Below are positions 11,076 through 24,376 of a stretch of 64,000 bases of DNA, in pieces. Location: positions 744,001 to 808,000 of the forward strand of contig JAWMAR010000531.1 in the NCBI GenBank assembly GCA_036785375.1, read 5' to 3'. Position 1 is the first letter of the stretch; each line of letters begins with the position of its first letter. This stretch comes from Leucoraja ocellata. Its lineage: Eukaryota. Below the pieces are notes generated by a model. It was not told where the DNA came from, ran no database searches, and saw nothing but the letters and a program-made list of their open reading frames with translations. The position numbers and the translations under genes were made by a program.

Positions 11076-13419
11076 ATACTTGATAATGTGCAAGTGAGCC
11101 AGCAGCCTACATCAATGTAAAAAAATACCTCGTGAATTGTGAATTACCACAGGCTGCTTGACAGTATATCAGCTATTTTGGGAAGATGGCAACTTGCCCC
11201 GATCCTCGCTGTGAATTGCCCTTTAATCTCTTTACATACATTTTTGTCTAGAGGTTGATGTTGTATGTACCTTTTAAAGTTGTGATTTATTGTCAATGAC
11301 CATCACTCAACCTCTGGTCCAGTAAAGGAATCAAAAGCCTTGGGTCTTATTAATTCAGAATCTGCTGGAGTTTCTGCTGGAGTACAATGTTTAAAATGTT
11401 TTAAAAAAGGATTTTGTGTTTTTAAACTTCATGATTGTTGAAATATGCCTCTTTTATCACCCTCCTTGGGAGTTCTGGTATATTTTTCCATCTTTGTACC
11501 ACATTGGATACATTCTTAGTCTCACTGTTCACTGAGGATCCAGATGCTTTGTTGCCCTCTCTGCAATTAGCAGTTTGCAGTTTCAGCAGTTGCAAAGCAA
11601 AATATATTTCAGCCAAAGGTGCAGAAACACATCTAACTAATTTGGAATGCCCTAGGTTACTCTGCATCAGCACATTCCATCTCAGCACAATTTGAGCTGA
11701 AAGCATTTAGGAAATCAGTCAAGCTTCCTTTTGGATTTCTAATTCCACTTTATTTCTTGAACTTGTTTAGCGAGATCGAGCCCAGTATAGTTATACAGTA
11801 AAACAAGAAAGTGTTACCCGAGAGGAGTTCTGTAATGGGCCATCACGGATATACTGGAAAAGGCCATGCTTATTTATGCAAATTACTATATATACTATAC
11901 CTGGAAAATTGCAAGAGATCTTTTAGTTAAAATAGTCAATAGTTGGCCAGAGTACAAAATTTAATTAAAAAAAAAAAAGACAAAGTGCAGGAGTAACTAA
12001 GCGAGTCTGGCAGCATTTCTGTCGAAGATGCTCCAGAGATGTTGCTTGACTCACGGAGTTACTCCAGCATTTTTGTGCCTTTTTAAAAATAAACCAGCAC
12101 CTGCAGTTCCTTGTTTCTCCATTCTAATATGTTATTTCCATTTTGAGAGGTCGAATTGAATTGTCTGTCTCTCTGTTCACGTCTTTTTTCCAGTTCATTT
12201 ATGTTGTTTTGTCACATTTTATTACCTGAATGAAATGAAATTATGGGAATAGAGGAGCGGTGAAGGAATATATTGAGAGTTTCTCTACCATGGCAGCACT
12301 GTGAGATTTCACAATAGGTTGAGTTAATTTAAGTTTATAATGACCATTGCTTGCCTCAAGCCTGCTTATTATGCATTGGGAAGAATATAATTACGTGGGA
12401 GGTATTATGAATGTTAGTAGATTGGTCAAAGCTGTTCCTTGTGTGCTATGACACAAGAAAGGGCAAGATTAATCCTTCGGACCGATGATAATGGTAATGC
12501 GATTATTAATACTCGCATTCTAGATAGATTTTCTCACTGGGATTAAGGATTCTACTGTTACATTGAATTTAGATTTTCCATTGGATCCCCACATAAATGT
12601 TGAAGTAATAACAGAGTGTTAATTGCTTGCTGAAGGATGCAGTAAATTCAGGTTAGGTGGTATGATGAATATTTGTAGTGAGTTGCTGCATTTCTGTTCT
12701 GACGAGTGGCATATTTTCCAAAAACTAATTATTCACCCTTCTTAGGCCTGGTGTCATGAGAAAAAAATGAGTTTTAGGCAAAAAAAAAGGTGTGAGAATT
12801 TTATTTGTAAGGTGTCATCAAATGAGAATATTTATTTGTTATTAAATAACTGACATTTTAATGGGATTAATGGACCAGAGAGATGTAGGATCTGTGAAAC
12901 AAAACGCTTATGCATCCCAAAGTTTCTTATTATAGAGAGAGAAAGTACAAAATTAAAACAGTGGAATGTTATATTTAGTTTTGGATGCTTTTCTTCCAAA
13001 AGCAATTTAAAGTTTTGGAGAGGATATTCACTAATATTCTAATTAGGATGAGAAACTTTATTATAATAAGATTCTTTCTATTGGGAAAATAAGTTAAAAT
13101 GAAAGATCAACATTTTTCGATTGAGTGGTTGTAATAAATTAATTAATCAGTGTTTCCAGCATTTTCATCTTTATTTCATGCAGTGGCTTATTAGAGTATT
13201 AATGCCCTCTGAGGCATGGATTCACAATATTATTATGTGAAGTGGTAAATGTTTGAAAAAATAATGTATCTTAAAGATTCTGCGGAAAATAAGACTACAG
13301 ATAGCTGTTTCAGAGAGCTGATATGATTAATAGGATAAAGGGCATTTTGTTTTGCACAACATTGCAATGTAATAACAATTACATCTCTATAACATATTTA
13401 TCCTTACTTTTTCTTTTAG

Positions 13420-13646
13420 ATGCTCTGCTAGCTGACCTAGAATCAACAACTTCACAGATTTCAAAAAGACCCATTTTTATCCCAGAGGAAACCCCGTACT
13501 CCTATCCAACAGGAAGCCATGTTTGCCAGGAAGTATCCATTCCCCCACCAGTGCCACCACCTCCCTCAGCTGATGCTTTGAATGGGGTAATCATCGACTC
13601 AGTTGAACAAAGGCAACCCTCTGTTTCACGATATCAGCAGCAGAAG
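13420..13646 (+). CDS. PXN: Paxillin exon 2 (LD1, Tyr31 site, polyproline SH3 ligand)
   Basis: TTTTAG acceptor; DALLADLESTTSQISKRPIFIPEETPYSYPTG...PPPVPPPPS; AAG|GTAGGT donor. Confidence 0.97.
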
Positions 13647-15719
13647 GTAGGTGTGAGCTATCCTTTGTCCATGCAATTATTGTTCTGTGGCTCCTCCTTG
13701 CCCCCCCCCCCCTCAATTTCTCCCGCATTTTAATTCCTTATGACACTAAAGTGAATTTTCTACACCAAATTTGAACAGTCCACATTTCTTGATGCTGCTT
13801 TATTTCTTCCACTTTTAGACTATTAATGGAATTAACATAATAAAGTTATCACAAACTCAGATTGCCCCGTTCCCATTGACCTCTCTCATCAAGTAATTAA
13901 GTACAGCTCTCATTCTTCAATAAACAGTTTATGACAGTATAATGGAAAAACAGTTGTCTAGAAAGTTAGTTGCACAGTATGTTATTTTTCTTCAACATTT
14001 TGAAATTGAACACTTTTCCCTTGGATTGGATTTGACCAGGCATGAGTCACCTTTGTGCCAATGATGTGATTTTAACCCATGAGACGCATGGGATGACTTC
14101 ATTCCCATTGCAATGCTATTGTAGAAGCATTGTAAAAAAATCAGAGCACATTGTAACAGGAGTACCCATTAGTGAGCACAGCTGGGGCAGCTTGTGCTTC
14201 TCAGCATAACATGTAGGCCAGATAAGTGAAAACCTGCCCACGTGCTTCCGACTTTATGCTGCACCTATGAATCTCCAGACCTCCAACACTATTGCAATCC
14301 CCGCCCAGAAGCTCACCCTCTTTACCACCCACCCCCCCCCACCTCCCCCACAATATGTTAGCTTCCTGACCCTTCCTAAACACTGCCAATCTTGCCATTT
14401 TCCCTTCCCTCTCCACTGTCTGTCAATACCAGATTCTAATGTTTCTTATTCCTTCCAGAGCATGAAGCGTACTGGTGGGTAGATTTCATTCTCAAAATAG
14501 GTATTAGTTAAAAGCTACTATCTACCACAATTTATTTGAAAGTGTTTCTTGAAACTCTTCTTGATGTAGCTGAGGTTCCCTTAGATTCTGTAAAATTAAA
14601 AAAAAAAAATGTTTTTGGCACATATGCTCTTTTGTGTCATCCATAAGTATTTCTTCAGTTGGGATTATGAGGTGGCGATTTTTTCTTTAATGGCTTGCAG
14701 TCATGATAAAACGTAACTGTGATATTTTGTACACAAAATAATGGGAGTACATTGAATGTTCTGCAATTTTAAATTATTGTGGTCCCACTATGACGCATCT
14801 GGGAATATGACTTAGTGTGTTATAGGGCTAATCATGGCTCATTTGGCCATAAATGGCATTTAAGAGACTTTGAATTCTGAACAGAATCTTAACAGATTGA
14901 AAGCATGCCGAATATACTGAATCATCCGCCAGTTTGTATCTCTGAATTTAGTATTATTTTCCACTGAGTCATTCGGAACAGCTTAGTTCCATTATAGAAC
15001 AGAGTTGAACTCAAAACAACTTGGCATTATTGCCAGTATCCAGGAAGAACATTCCTCCTTTGAAATTGTACTTTAATTCCCTAGAGTGGAATTCTAGCAG
15101 GGCTGTCAAATGTTTCCTTCTGGGCATGTGATGCACCCAAGAATATATTTTGTTGGCAAACGAAATAAATAAATTGATGCATTGCTACAATGAATGAGTG
15201 ATCTCCAACTAAATTCCCTGAAATGAAATAATTTGCAGCAGAGGGATTTTGAGCACAACTTCCATTGTAATTGAAAGCAGTGATAAGTTTTTGGATCTTC
15301 TGAACCTTGTGTCAACTTGAGTCTTTGTGAATGGGGGAAGGGATGTAAGCAAAATGGAACGTGAAAGTACTGCCAAGAGTCGAAGGGGATTTTTCTGCTG
15401 ATTAGTCTGGCTTCTAAAATCTTGAGAGGTGCCTCTGAAATCTTTTTTTTCAGTAATAAAGAGAAGACAGTGAATATTATGTGGATTAATTCCTAGAAGG
15501 TAGTTGATAAAGGCGGCAAATAAGACATTATAAAAAGTTGAGGCAAATAACATTTAAAAGAACGTCAATAGACTCAAAATGCTGGAGTAACTCAGCGGGA
15601 CAGGCAGCATCTATGGAGAGAAAGAATGGGTGATGTTTCGGGTCGAGGCCCTTCTTCGGACAAAAGAACGTAATCTTGAGGCTGTTAGAATATTTTTTTC
15701 ATATTCTAAAGGAGTAGGC

Positions 15720-16022
15720 CAGAGTTCGGCAACCTATGGCCCCCGGGCCGAATGCGGCCCATTACCCGAACTCATCCGGCCCGCAGGTGGATTTTTCCCC
15801 CCGTAATCATCATGCCCGCCGAGTGCGGCCGAGCTCTGGCTGTACCGCATCCTGCGCAAAGCCGCCGGCACTGCCGCGCACCTTCTGTCAACACATGATT
15901 TGATGCCTGCCATCCAAGGCGGGATGGGGCGGGATCCATATGTACAGGTGATAGATGTGGCCCACCATCCGCTCACAGACATGCGTACTGGCCCCTATGC
16001 AGAACAAGGTTGCCGACCCCTG
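15720..16022. mobile_element. Non-autonomous hAT (Charlie-like) MITE
   Basis: TIRs CAGAGTTCGGCAACCT / AGGTTGCCGACCCCTG. Perfect 8-bp TSD GAGTAGGC at 15712-15719 and 16023-16030. Confidence 0.88.
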
Positions 16023-16214
16023 GAGTAGGCAATGATATATGCTCTGCAGTGAGCTGTGACTGTTTGTTCGTTGTTCATGTAATTGATTTGAATACAGTGA
16101 GATGTTGAAGCTTTTTGATAGCAGTTTTCAATGTATAGGAGGTTCGATAGAATTCACATGGGTATGGATAGGTTCCTTATGCAATATTATTTTGTGTAAA
16201 AGAGCACAAAATTG

Positions 16215-16570
16215 AAACATATAAAATTGTTAAGGTTTGGACACACTAGAGGCAGAAAACATATTCCCGATGTTGGGGGAGTCCAGAACCAGGTGCCACA
16301 GTTTAAGGATAAGGGGTAAGCCATTTAGAATGGAGATGAGGAAACACTTTTTTACACAAAGAGTTGTGAGACTGTGGATGTCTGTGGAGGCCAGTTCTCT
16401 GGATACTTTCAAGAGAAAGCTAGATAGGGCTCTTGAAGATAGCAGAGTCAGGGGATACGGGGAGAAGGCAGGAATGGGGTACTGATTGTGGATGAATAGC
16501 CATGATCACATTGAATGGTGGTGCTGGCTTGATGGGCCGAATGGCCTACACCTGCACCTATTGTCTATTG
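16215..16570 (+). mobile_element. CR1 LINE 3' end
   Basis: FPMLGESRTRCHSLRIRGKPFRMEMRKHFFTQRVV peptide; 3' tail GGGCCGAATGGCCTA...CCTATTGTCTATTG. Confidence 0.85.
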
Positions 16571-17619
16571 GCTAAAATAAATACGCATAAACAATAATGT
16601 TCTTACTGAGTACAAAGGCAAAAAAATCCTGGATTTCAGACAGACTTTTAAACATAGAAGTGATGGTGAAAAAATAATAACAATTAAACTTCTCTGTTTA
16701 AGACACACACAATAGGAATATATAATGGGAAGTAATTAAGTATGTTTGCAGCCACATGATTGAGTAGTACAGGTTTATTTTCCTTAAATCATCTGAGAAG
16801 AATAATATAATCATAGAAATAGCACAGCAGCAAATTTTCATGGACTTTGGGTGACATGAGAAAGTTTGAAAAATTGTTATGATACTCTTTAGGATGGGTC
16901 AATTTATATTTTTAATGCCATCAACGCAGCTGAGAGGGAAAATGTAAGGGGAAAAAAGGCTGTTAACATTGAAACACAATTAGATGACAAGAGCAGAGAA
17001 GCAATTTAGGGGCTATTTTTTGCATGGTGGGTTATTAGAACGTGGAATGAGAGCAGAAAGATCTTCAGCATGAGTGTAAATAGATACATTGACATTTTCA
17101 GAGTAGCCATTCTCCAGAAAAGTGAAAACTTATCACCTCTGTAAAGATGCCAGGTAAAATCCTATGTTAGAAGGAACTGCAGATGTTGGTTTACACCAAA
17201 GATAGACACAAAATGTTGGAGTAACTCAGCGGGACAGGCAGCGTCTCTGGATACAAGGAATGGGTGACGTTTAGGGTCGAGGTCCTTCTTCAGTATGTTT
17301 CCCAGTTTTTGTTTGTTCCAAGTTCTTGGAAAAATCTGGAACTTGCAGATTTTTCATGTATGTATGATGACTAGAACTGGAGTATTTTAGGATGGTGCCT
17401 GTTGAAGTCAAGCCTGTCATTGCATTTAAGAGGTGGAGGAATAAGTACTTTTATGGTAAAATAGGTACAGAGACTTTGGATTACAGTGGATAACTACAGG
17501 CAAGTAATTAGCTCTAGCATTAGTAAAGTTAGAATTGCTTACTATTGTATTTAATTTTTAAAAAATCAATGAACATATAGACATGCATAATTAACACTTT
17601 TTTCCCCTTGGTTGTGTAG

Positions 17620-17670
17620 GGTCACCAAGAGGAGATCTCGCCTTCAATTGGAATCACCAGCTCTCCCCAG
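17620..17670 (+). CDS. PXN: Candidate 51-nt PXN cassette exon (GHQEEISPSIGITSSPQ)
   Basis: Pyrimidine tract plus TGTAG acceptor, CAG|GTACAG donor, phase 0/0 matching the flanking exons, open frame. No transcript evidence. Confidence 0.5.
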
Positions 17671-18645
17671 GTACAGCTTTGAATGTCATGTATCCATGAG
17701 AGAACTGAGATTTTCTGACCATTAAAATTATATGTTTTTTATTTCTAGAGTGGTGACAATTCACTGCTTCTTTCCGGCACGGTTCTCCATCTAAACTTTT
17801 GCTGCTCTGTCCTCTCCATTCATGTCCATTATGGGGAGAAGGCAGTAGAATGGGGTTCGGAGAGAGAGAGATATCAGACACGATTGAATGGTGGAGTAGT
17901 CTTGATGGGCCGAATGACCTAATTCTGCTCCTATCACTTATGACCTAATCCCACAACTAAGATTTTCTGTCTATTTGAGTCGATTAAATTTTCTTAATTC
18001 CCCCTCCTCCCCACAAAAAATATATTTAAACGGTCACTGTTGCCTCCACCCAAGCGAGACAATAACTGCAGCTGCAGGATCATAAAAAGCTACTTAATGA
18101 ATTTCTTTAGTCAGAGTTTTGAGAGTCTGATTTATACCCTTCAATATTCAGGGCATTTGTATGTTAAATAACTGCTGAAAGGAAGCTAATTAAAAGTAGT
18201 TCCAATCCAAAAGTGAAATTGAGCAGAAATTAGTTAATTCCAGGGTTAAAGTCCTAGGATGTTCTGGTTTAAAATCGAGGCTTGCTGTTCCATACAGATT
18301 GAAATTCTTTGGCTGTGATTTTAAGCCACACCTTGCCAGTAGATGTGCAGGATGAATAAATAATGACCTTGGTGCAGTTTGTTTGGAAGGAGCGGCAGTA
18401 TTCAGATTAAATCACTGATTCATTCTTCTAAATTAATTTCTTAATTTAAGAGTAAAAAATAACTTGAAATATCATTTTTACAGTACTTGGCAGAAGCTGG
18501 ATGTTACTAGTTCTCTAAAGCAGCAACACTAAACTGTAGCCAATTTAGTGTTGTGGTTTGTTTTTAGTTCTCACGGTTTATATTCAAGATCTGAAGATCA
18601 TTATTACCTTTCCCATTGCTGAGTATCAGATGTTCCTTATTTCAG

Positions 18646-18746
18646 CCACAGCAGCAGACTTACTCCACAAATGTGAAAAGTTCCATCTCTCAAGATTCCA
18701 TCAGTCCTCCTGCTCCACGTTCTTCTGAGGAAGACCATGTTTACAG
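18646..18746 (+). CDS. PXN: Paxillin exon 3 (ends at the Tyr118-equivalent HVY)
   Basis: TTTCAG acceptor; PQQQTYSTNVKSSISQDSISPPAPRSSEEDHVY; AG|GTACTC donor; phase 2 fits exon 4. Confidence 0.92.
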
Positions 18747-19779
18747 GTACTCAACGGGGCAAGTTGCTCTTTTAGATGGGGTGGCAGAGAGTAATTTCCT
18801 CTGATGTAACTCTTCAGTGAGTGAATAAGTGCTTAATTCAGATGAAACATATTGTAGGTGGAATAATGATTATGGTCTCTTCTCCAAGGAAGATACAAAC
18901 ATGACCCACCATCATAAGTACAATTATGGTATTTGGTATTATGGTATCTTGAGGCTGCTGTATTTGTTAATGCAGATAGACTGATTTTCTTGAACAAGTA
19001 GTGGTTGTTTGAATGAATGAATGTGATAATTTATGAAAGCCTTGAAAGAAGTTTCATTGACGGCTGAACAAAGACTGCCTTTTTAAACTGAGTGACGGTG
19101 ACAGCTAAAACAGATCCTTTCCCAGATAATGTCTCTTAAAATGGAGCTGAGTACATAATGGATGAGCAGTTGGTCTTTATAGACTTGTATGTAGCCTCCG
19201 TCTCGTAAATGGAAAAATTTATCATACTACTTTACGAACATTGCCTTGCTCAATTTCTAACGTTAAACATATTGCACCATTTGTAAATAATTACTGACTG
19301 ACCATATGAGGTTGTTAAAATGTTCTTATCAATGCAGCTGTGTAGCCATAACTTCCAGTTATTTGACAGGAACAATGTAATAAAATTCTAAAGTGATCTG
19401 CTGAGGATAGTAAGAAGACAATGTGTCATTAGCAAATTAGCAGGGGTGATTAAAGGCACGGTTGGGTAAGTTTTTGTGTTTTTCGTTTTGAAGAGCAGAA
19501 TTGACAACTGTCAGGATTGAAAATCCTGGGGTGAACCATGGGACGGGAAAATGCACAGGACAGTCTGCACATTAGAGCAGAAGGAAGGTGTAAATACAAT
19601 GCAATGATACACAACCCAGTAAGACATTAGTTTTACTCATGGTTGCCTTTGATATTCAAAGATTGCTGGTTAGTAAATGATATCTTCATTGTTTAAGGTT
19701 AAGGGACATTCATCCTCACCAAGAACAATGGTTGCCCTCCTTTCAATGTCATCAGTAACCATGTGTTGATTTTATGAAG

Positions 19780-20036
19780 GTAGACAAAAATGCTGGAGAA
19801 ACTCAGCGGGTGAGGCAGCATCTATGGAGCGAAGGAAATAGGCAACGTTTCAGGTCAAAACCTTTCTTCAGACTGATGTGAGGGTGGGGAGGGGCGGGAA
19901 GAAGAAAGGAAGAGGTGGAGCCAGTGGGCTGAGGGAGAGCTGAGAAGGGGAGGAGAAAGTAGGGACTACCTGAAATTAGAGAAGTCAATGTTCATACCGC
20001 TGGGGTGCAAACTGCCCAAGCGAAATATGAGGTTGT
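19780..20036 (-). mobile_element. 5'-truncated Penelope element with intact hammerhead motif (~19840-19875)
   Basis: NLIFRLGSLHPSGMNIDFSNFR* followed by the pLTR. Minus strand CTGAAGA-A-AGGT-TTTG-ACCT-GAAAC-GTT. TTTTATGAAG flanks both sides. Confidence 0.8.
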
Positions 20037-20291
20037 TTTTATGAAGTTGTTTTAAAACAGTGCATGATTGTGTGACTGATGGAAGTGTGATGTCTGGGTT
20101 TAGTGGACAAATGATAATGTCCGGGTTTAGTGGACAAATTACAGTCAATATTAATCTCTGTTATGTTTACTAATGATGATGGCATAGTTGGACAGTGTTA
20201 ATGTTTAAGTGAGGTATCCACCGCTGCTAGGTGTGGTTCAAACGGCTGAGCTTTTTGATAACAATGTGCTCTTATTCTGCCACATCTGCAG

Positions 20292-20431
20292 CTTCCCCAA
20301 TAAAACAAAGTCCTCAGAACCTTCACCGATCGTCATGACAGCCTCACTCGGCAGTAATCTCTCTGAATTGGATCGTCTCTTGTTGGAACTGAATGAGGTG
20401 CAACACAATCCATCTAGCAGCTTTGCAACAG
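20292..20431 (+). CDS. PXN: Paxillin exon 4 (LD2); GC donor
   Basis: CTGCAG acceptor; FPNKTKSSEPSPIVMTASLGSNLSELDRLLLELNEVQHNP; CAG|GCAAGT is the nearby donor that gives the phase required by exon 5. Confidence 0.95.
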
Positions 20432-21479
20432 GCAAGTACTTAATATAACACGGTCTTCCACAAAACAGAATCCAATTCCTTCCAAAAACCATGTTTCAAT
20501 GCAGTAGGAAAGGAAGTAATTTTTTTCATTTACATTTTCTCCATTCCTCTAAACTAAGAATGGAGAGAGTGCAGATTTAAAAGGCCACTTTTAGAATTTA
20601 ACAGGTACATTTATATTCTTGTGTGATTTACTTGTGGGACTGAACCTTCTGAAATCCATTGAAATAAATGTTCGAAAATTTAGTGTAGCCCCCAGTCTGT
20701 GTTTGGATTTAATCTCGTTATTTGTTTTTGGGCATTGCTGAAGCAATATGGATCTAAAACTTATAAGATAATATTTCTGAAATGAACATGTCAACACATC
20801 AGATTTGTTTTCTTCCTTGCTTATCGTCCTCATGTGAAAGGGATAGGTCAGATAGCTGGTTTCCAGAATTCTCCCAGTGCTGAACAGATTTAATGACTGA
20901 ATGAAACATAAAAGCTATCAAAAAGGAAATGTCTTGCTTCAGATTGAAATTTCCTCTCAAACAGAGCAGACGTTGGCATGTGAGTAACTGAGTTGATGAG
21001 GATCTACACTTTTACACACTGCATCAGAAAACTAGTTTTTTTCCACCAATGTCCTGCTCTGCATTTGGGAGTTTAAAAATATATATATATATTCCCTTCC
21101 ACTATGTGGGTGTCGTTGGTTGAGTTAGTGTTTCATGCTCGTGCTGGAGCCAAGAGGCTTGCTGGACCACTGCAGAGGGCAATTAAGAGTCAAGCATCTT
21201 TGTTGGTCTGGAGTGACATGTAGATGAGATTAGGCCAGGGCAGGAGATGTCTCTGTGGGGCATACAGCAATCTGGTGTCCGTTGGCCATCATTACAAGAT
21301 TTTTAATATTGATTAATTATCTATTTTTTCCCCAGGTGTGTGGTGGGATTTGAGCTCATGGCTTTGGATCTGGATACTAGATCAGGAGCTTATCTATAGT
21401 CAAACTTAATAGAAAATTGCACTCGATATTTTTCCCTTGCTGGCCGCTTGACTTGAAATTATATTCTTTGTTTAAAATT

Positions 21480-21850
21480 AATCCATTACTGAAAACATTT
21501 TAACATCTACCTTGCCACACTCCTTAGGATGTTATATGTTTTAATAACATCACTTCTCATTCTTCTAAACTCCGAAGAATACAAGCCCAACATGTTTGTT
21601 GATGGAAATCCCTTCACCCCAGGAATTACCGGGTGATTTCTTTTGAACTGCCTCAAATCCCATTGTAGCATTTCGTTTGTAAGGGGCCAACACTGTGGAT
21701 AGAATTCTGAAATTCTGTATAATTGCAACAAAATCTTCCAATTTCTGAATTCCAAACCCCCTGCACTAAGTCCAATGTACCATTTGATAAGCGACCTGCT
21801 CCATCTGCAAGTTCCTGTGTTACATGACAAATAAGCAAGAACTCCAAGGG
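21480..21850 (-). mobile_element. Degenerate CR1 LINE fragment
   Basis: Minus-strand peptide MLGLYSSEFRRMRSDVIKTYNIL. Confidence 0.7.
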
Positions 21851-21954
21851 GAATAACTGAATTATGATTAACGGAGCATTGGTAAATTTTGATTCAAAAA
21901 TGTAAAGTATTCAAACTTTTTTTTGTGACGAACCTCACTGCTGTCCTTCCTCAG

Positions 21955-22156
21955 ATGAGTCCAACCGCAGCCCCCATTCTGCTCCTGGCAGTGGCTCCCA
22001 GTACACAGGTCAAGAAAATGGAACTCAGATGGGGAAAAAAGTGCCTCCCCCAACGAAAGAAAAACCGAAAAGAAATGGAGGCCGAGGAATTGACGATGTA
22101 CGGCCAAGTGTGGAAAGCTTATTAGATGAACTGGAGAGCTCAGTTCCCAGTCCAAG
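21955..22156 (+). CDS. PXN: Paxillin exon 5 (LD3)
   Basis: CCTCAG acceptor; DESNRSP...KEKPKRNGGRGIDDVRPSVESLLDELESSVPSP; AAG|GTATGC donor. Confidence 0.97.
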
Positions 22157-23241
22157 GTATGCACGTGTTGCTATGTTAATCAATTCTTGCATGTGGTGTC
22201 AGTAGTCAGCACGTCAGTAGTCAGCAGAATCAGGACTGCTCTCTAATGCTGAAAAATAATAATTTGCCACGTACATAGCTTTGCTTGTCATTCTGTAATT
22301 TTCCTCCTGGCCAATAACTGCAATCAATGGGATTGCATATGATTTTTCAGATATGCGGTATTTGATGATAGTGTGTGTGCACTTTCGGGCCCGAGTCTCT
22401 GGTGCTGTGGGGGGCGGCTCTGCTGACGGTTCTCAGAGGCCAATTGGGCTGCAGGTCTGCGCATTTTTGTAGTGGGATGGGGGCATGGCCCAACATTCGG
22501 GGGAAAACCATGCTGTTCAAATGTCTTTGTGTTCAAAATGTGGGAGGAAAGATAGAAGCACTGTTGTAGTTCTAACCTACACACAGTGGTAGTTTTAACC
22601 TACACACCCGGGTGTGTAGCATAGAACTAGTGCATTGGAGATCACTGCTAGAACCACTGCTGTAGTTCTATAATACACACTGAATTGTCCCTAGTGTGTA
22701 GGATAGAGTTAATATACGGGGTGATTGCTGGTCGCCGTTGACTCAGTGTTTCCATTCTGTATCTCTAAGCTAAAATAGATCACAAAACACTATTGAAATG
22801 TATAAATCTCCAAAGTATTCAAAATGCTTTTATTAGTACAGTAATAAGGACAGTAGAAGAAACAGAGGAGCATCAATGTACAGCACCTGTATCTCTACAA
22901 CTATACTAAACCAAGGATCGCTCCATCCACCTAGTGGTCACTGCGTGAAACAAAGAACTGGGTCCACCACAAAGAACTGGGTCCACCAACTGGGTCCGCT
23001 ATAACCATATCTCATTGAAAAGTTATGATATCCTCATTACAACTTGCCGCAGGAGCAAATGTATGGGTAAATCTCGCACTGTTATGACTTGAAATGTATC
23101 AGCGCTACAAGACTTGTTTGGGAACTTTATTTTTAAAGTAGTTAAATTCTAAATTTGATTGTGGGCATTGAACTCTGTTTCGAGTGTTTTGTGGTTTGTT
23201 GCAGTCCTGTGTAATGCTGACCAGTTTGGTCTCCTTTTCAG

Positions 23242-23377
23242 TCCTGCATCTGCTGCGTCTCCAGTGGGTGGGCTTACCTCTCAGCGCAGTACTCCAAACC
23301 AACAACAGGCGCGCATATCTGCATCCTCAGCAACTCGTGAACTTGATGAATTAATGGAATCACTCTCTGAGTTCAAG
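23242..23377 (+). CDS. PXN: Paxillin exon 6 (LD4); second in-frame donor 12 nt downstream (exon end 23389, adds VHGN)
   Basis: TTTCAG acceptor; QQQARISASSATRELDELMESLSEFK; donors AAG|GTTCAC and AAT|GTGAGT, both phase 0. Confidence 0.95.
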
Positions 23378-24376
23378 GTTCACGGCAATGTGAGTGCAAT
23401 CAGATTTTTGCCTTTTTCTGAGCCCATTAATTGAAATCACGAGCCCGATGAAAGCATTTGCCTCATTGGCCACTCCTGTGAATTTATCTATGCTGCTAAG
23501 GTGGTGTAACAAGCAGGAAATGCTTCTTGTCAAAGAAATGGAAAAGTAGTCAGGAAAATAATCTTGGAGAAAATATCTGAAATTAGTCTTGTGTGGTTAT
23601 TTACTGAAGCAAAGTGTTACTAAAATACCATATGAAAAATGCACCATCTAGATCTCCCTGTTGGAAAATAGTGAGGAATATTTTACCTTGCTATGAAGAG
23701 AATATGTTGGAAGCAGAAGCTTCATACAATTACTCATTGTGTTATATCTGGAGTTCGCATTGGAAAAGTCAATGTATTGGGTTTTGGTTACTATCTTTAT
23801 ATCAGTGCTTTTCAAGATTACTATCTGGCTTGAAATCAGATGAACTATTAAAGGTATTTGTATGGGAAATTGTGCTGTACTTTTTGTACAGATCACTTTT
23901 TTAGATAACGGGGGTAACACAGGTGAGCAAATAGTATAGAGGGATACCAATAATGCAAATACAGATTGGATGGAAAATGCATATCAAGAGATGTAAACAT
24001 GAGGTGAGATAAATATACTTGTGACATTGGAGTTGTGTGTTGTAGCATGGGATGTGAGCTGTGGGGAAAACAGACATACAGTGATCATGTATGAGTTATT
24101 GATTAACCACATGTTATTGCCAGTTTGGATGGAATGGGATAGTGTTGGGTGTTGGAGGAATGAATACATGAGAGTAGCTGAGAATCCTGTGCAGGATGGA
24201 TGATGAATATTAGAGAAATTTGGTTGTTGGTCAGGCAAGGCAAGGATATTGAATAATAAGATAAATGGCATTGGTATGAAACTGAAATAAATAATATAAA
24301 TCTTTATTTATTTCCTACCTTATTTGTTTTTATCATTTTTTCTATTCTTTCTGTCACTTTCCCTTCCTCAATTTAG

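Noticed and set aside
1-13419. PXN exon 1 (MDDL start)
   Set aside because: No ATG-GAx-GAx-xTx-G|GT in a CpG-rich promoter was found; this region is treated as intron 1.
20090-20140. CRISPR-like or functional repeat (ATGTCYGGGTTTAGTGGACAAAT twice)
   Set aside because: A simple two-copy local duplication in eukaryotic intron DNA.
20436-20441. GT donor (GTACTT) for PXN exon 4
   Set aside because: Wrong phase for exon 5 and a poorer consensus than the GC site 4 nt upstream.
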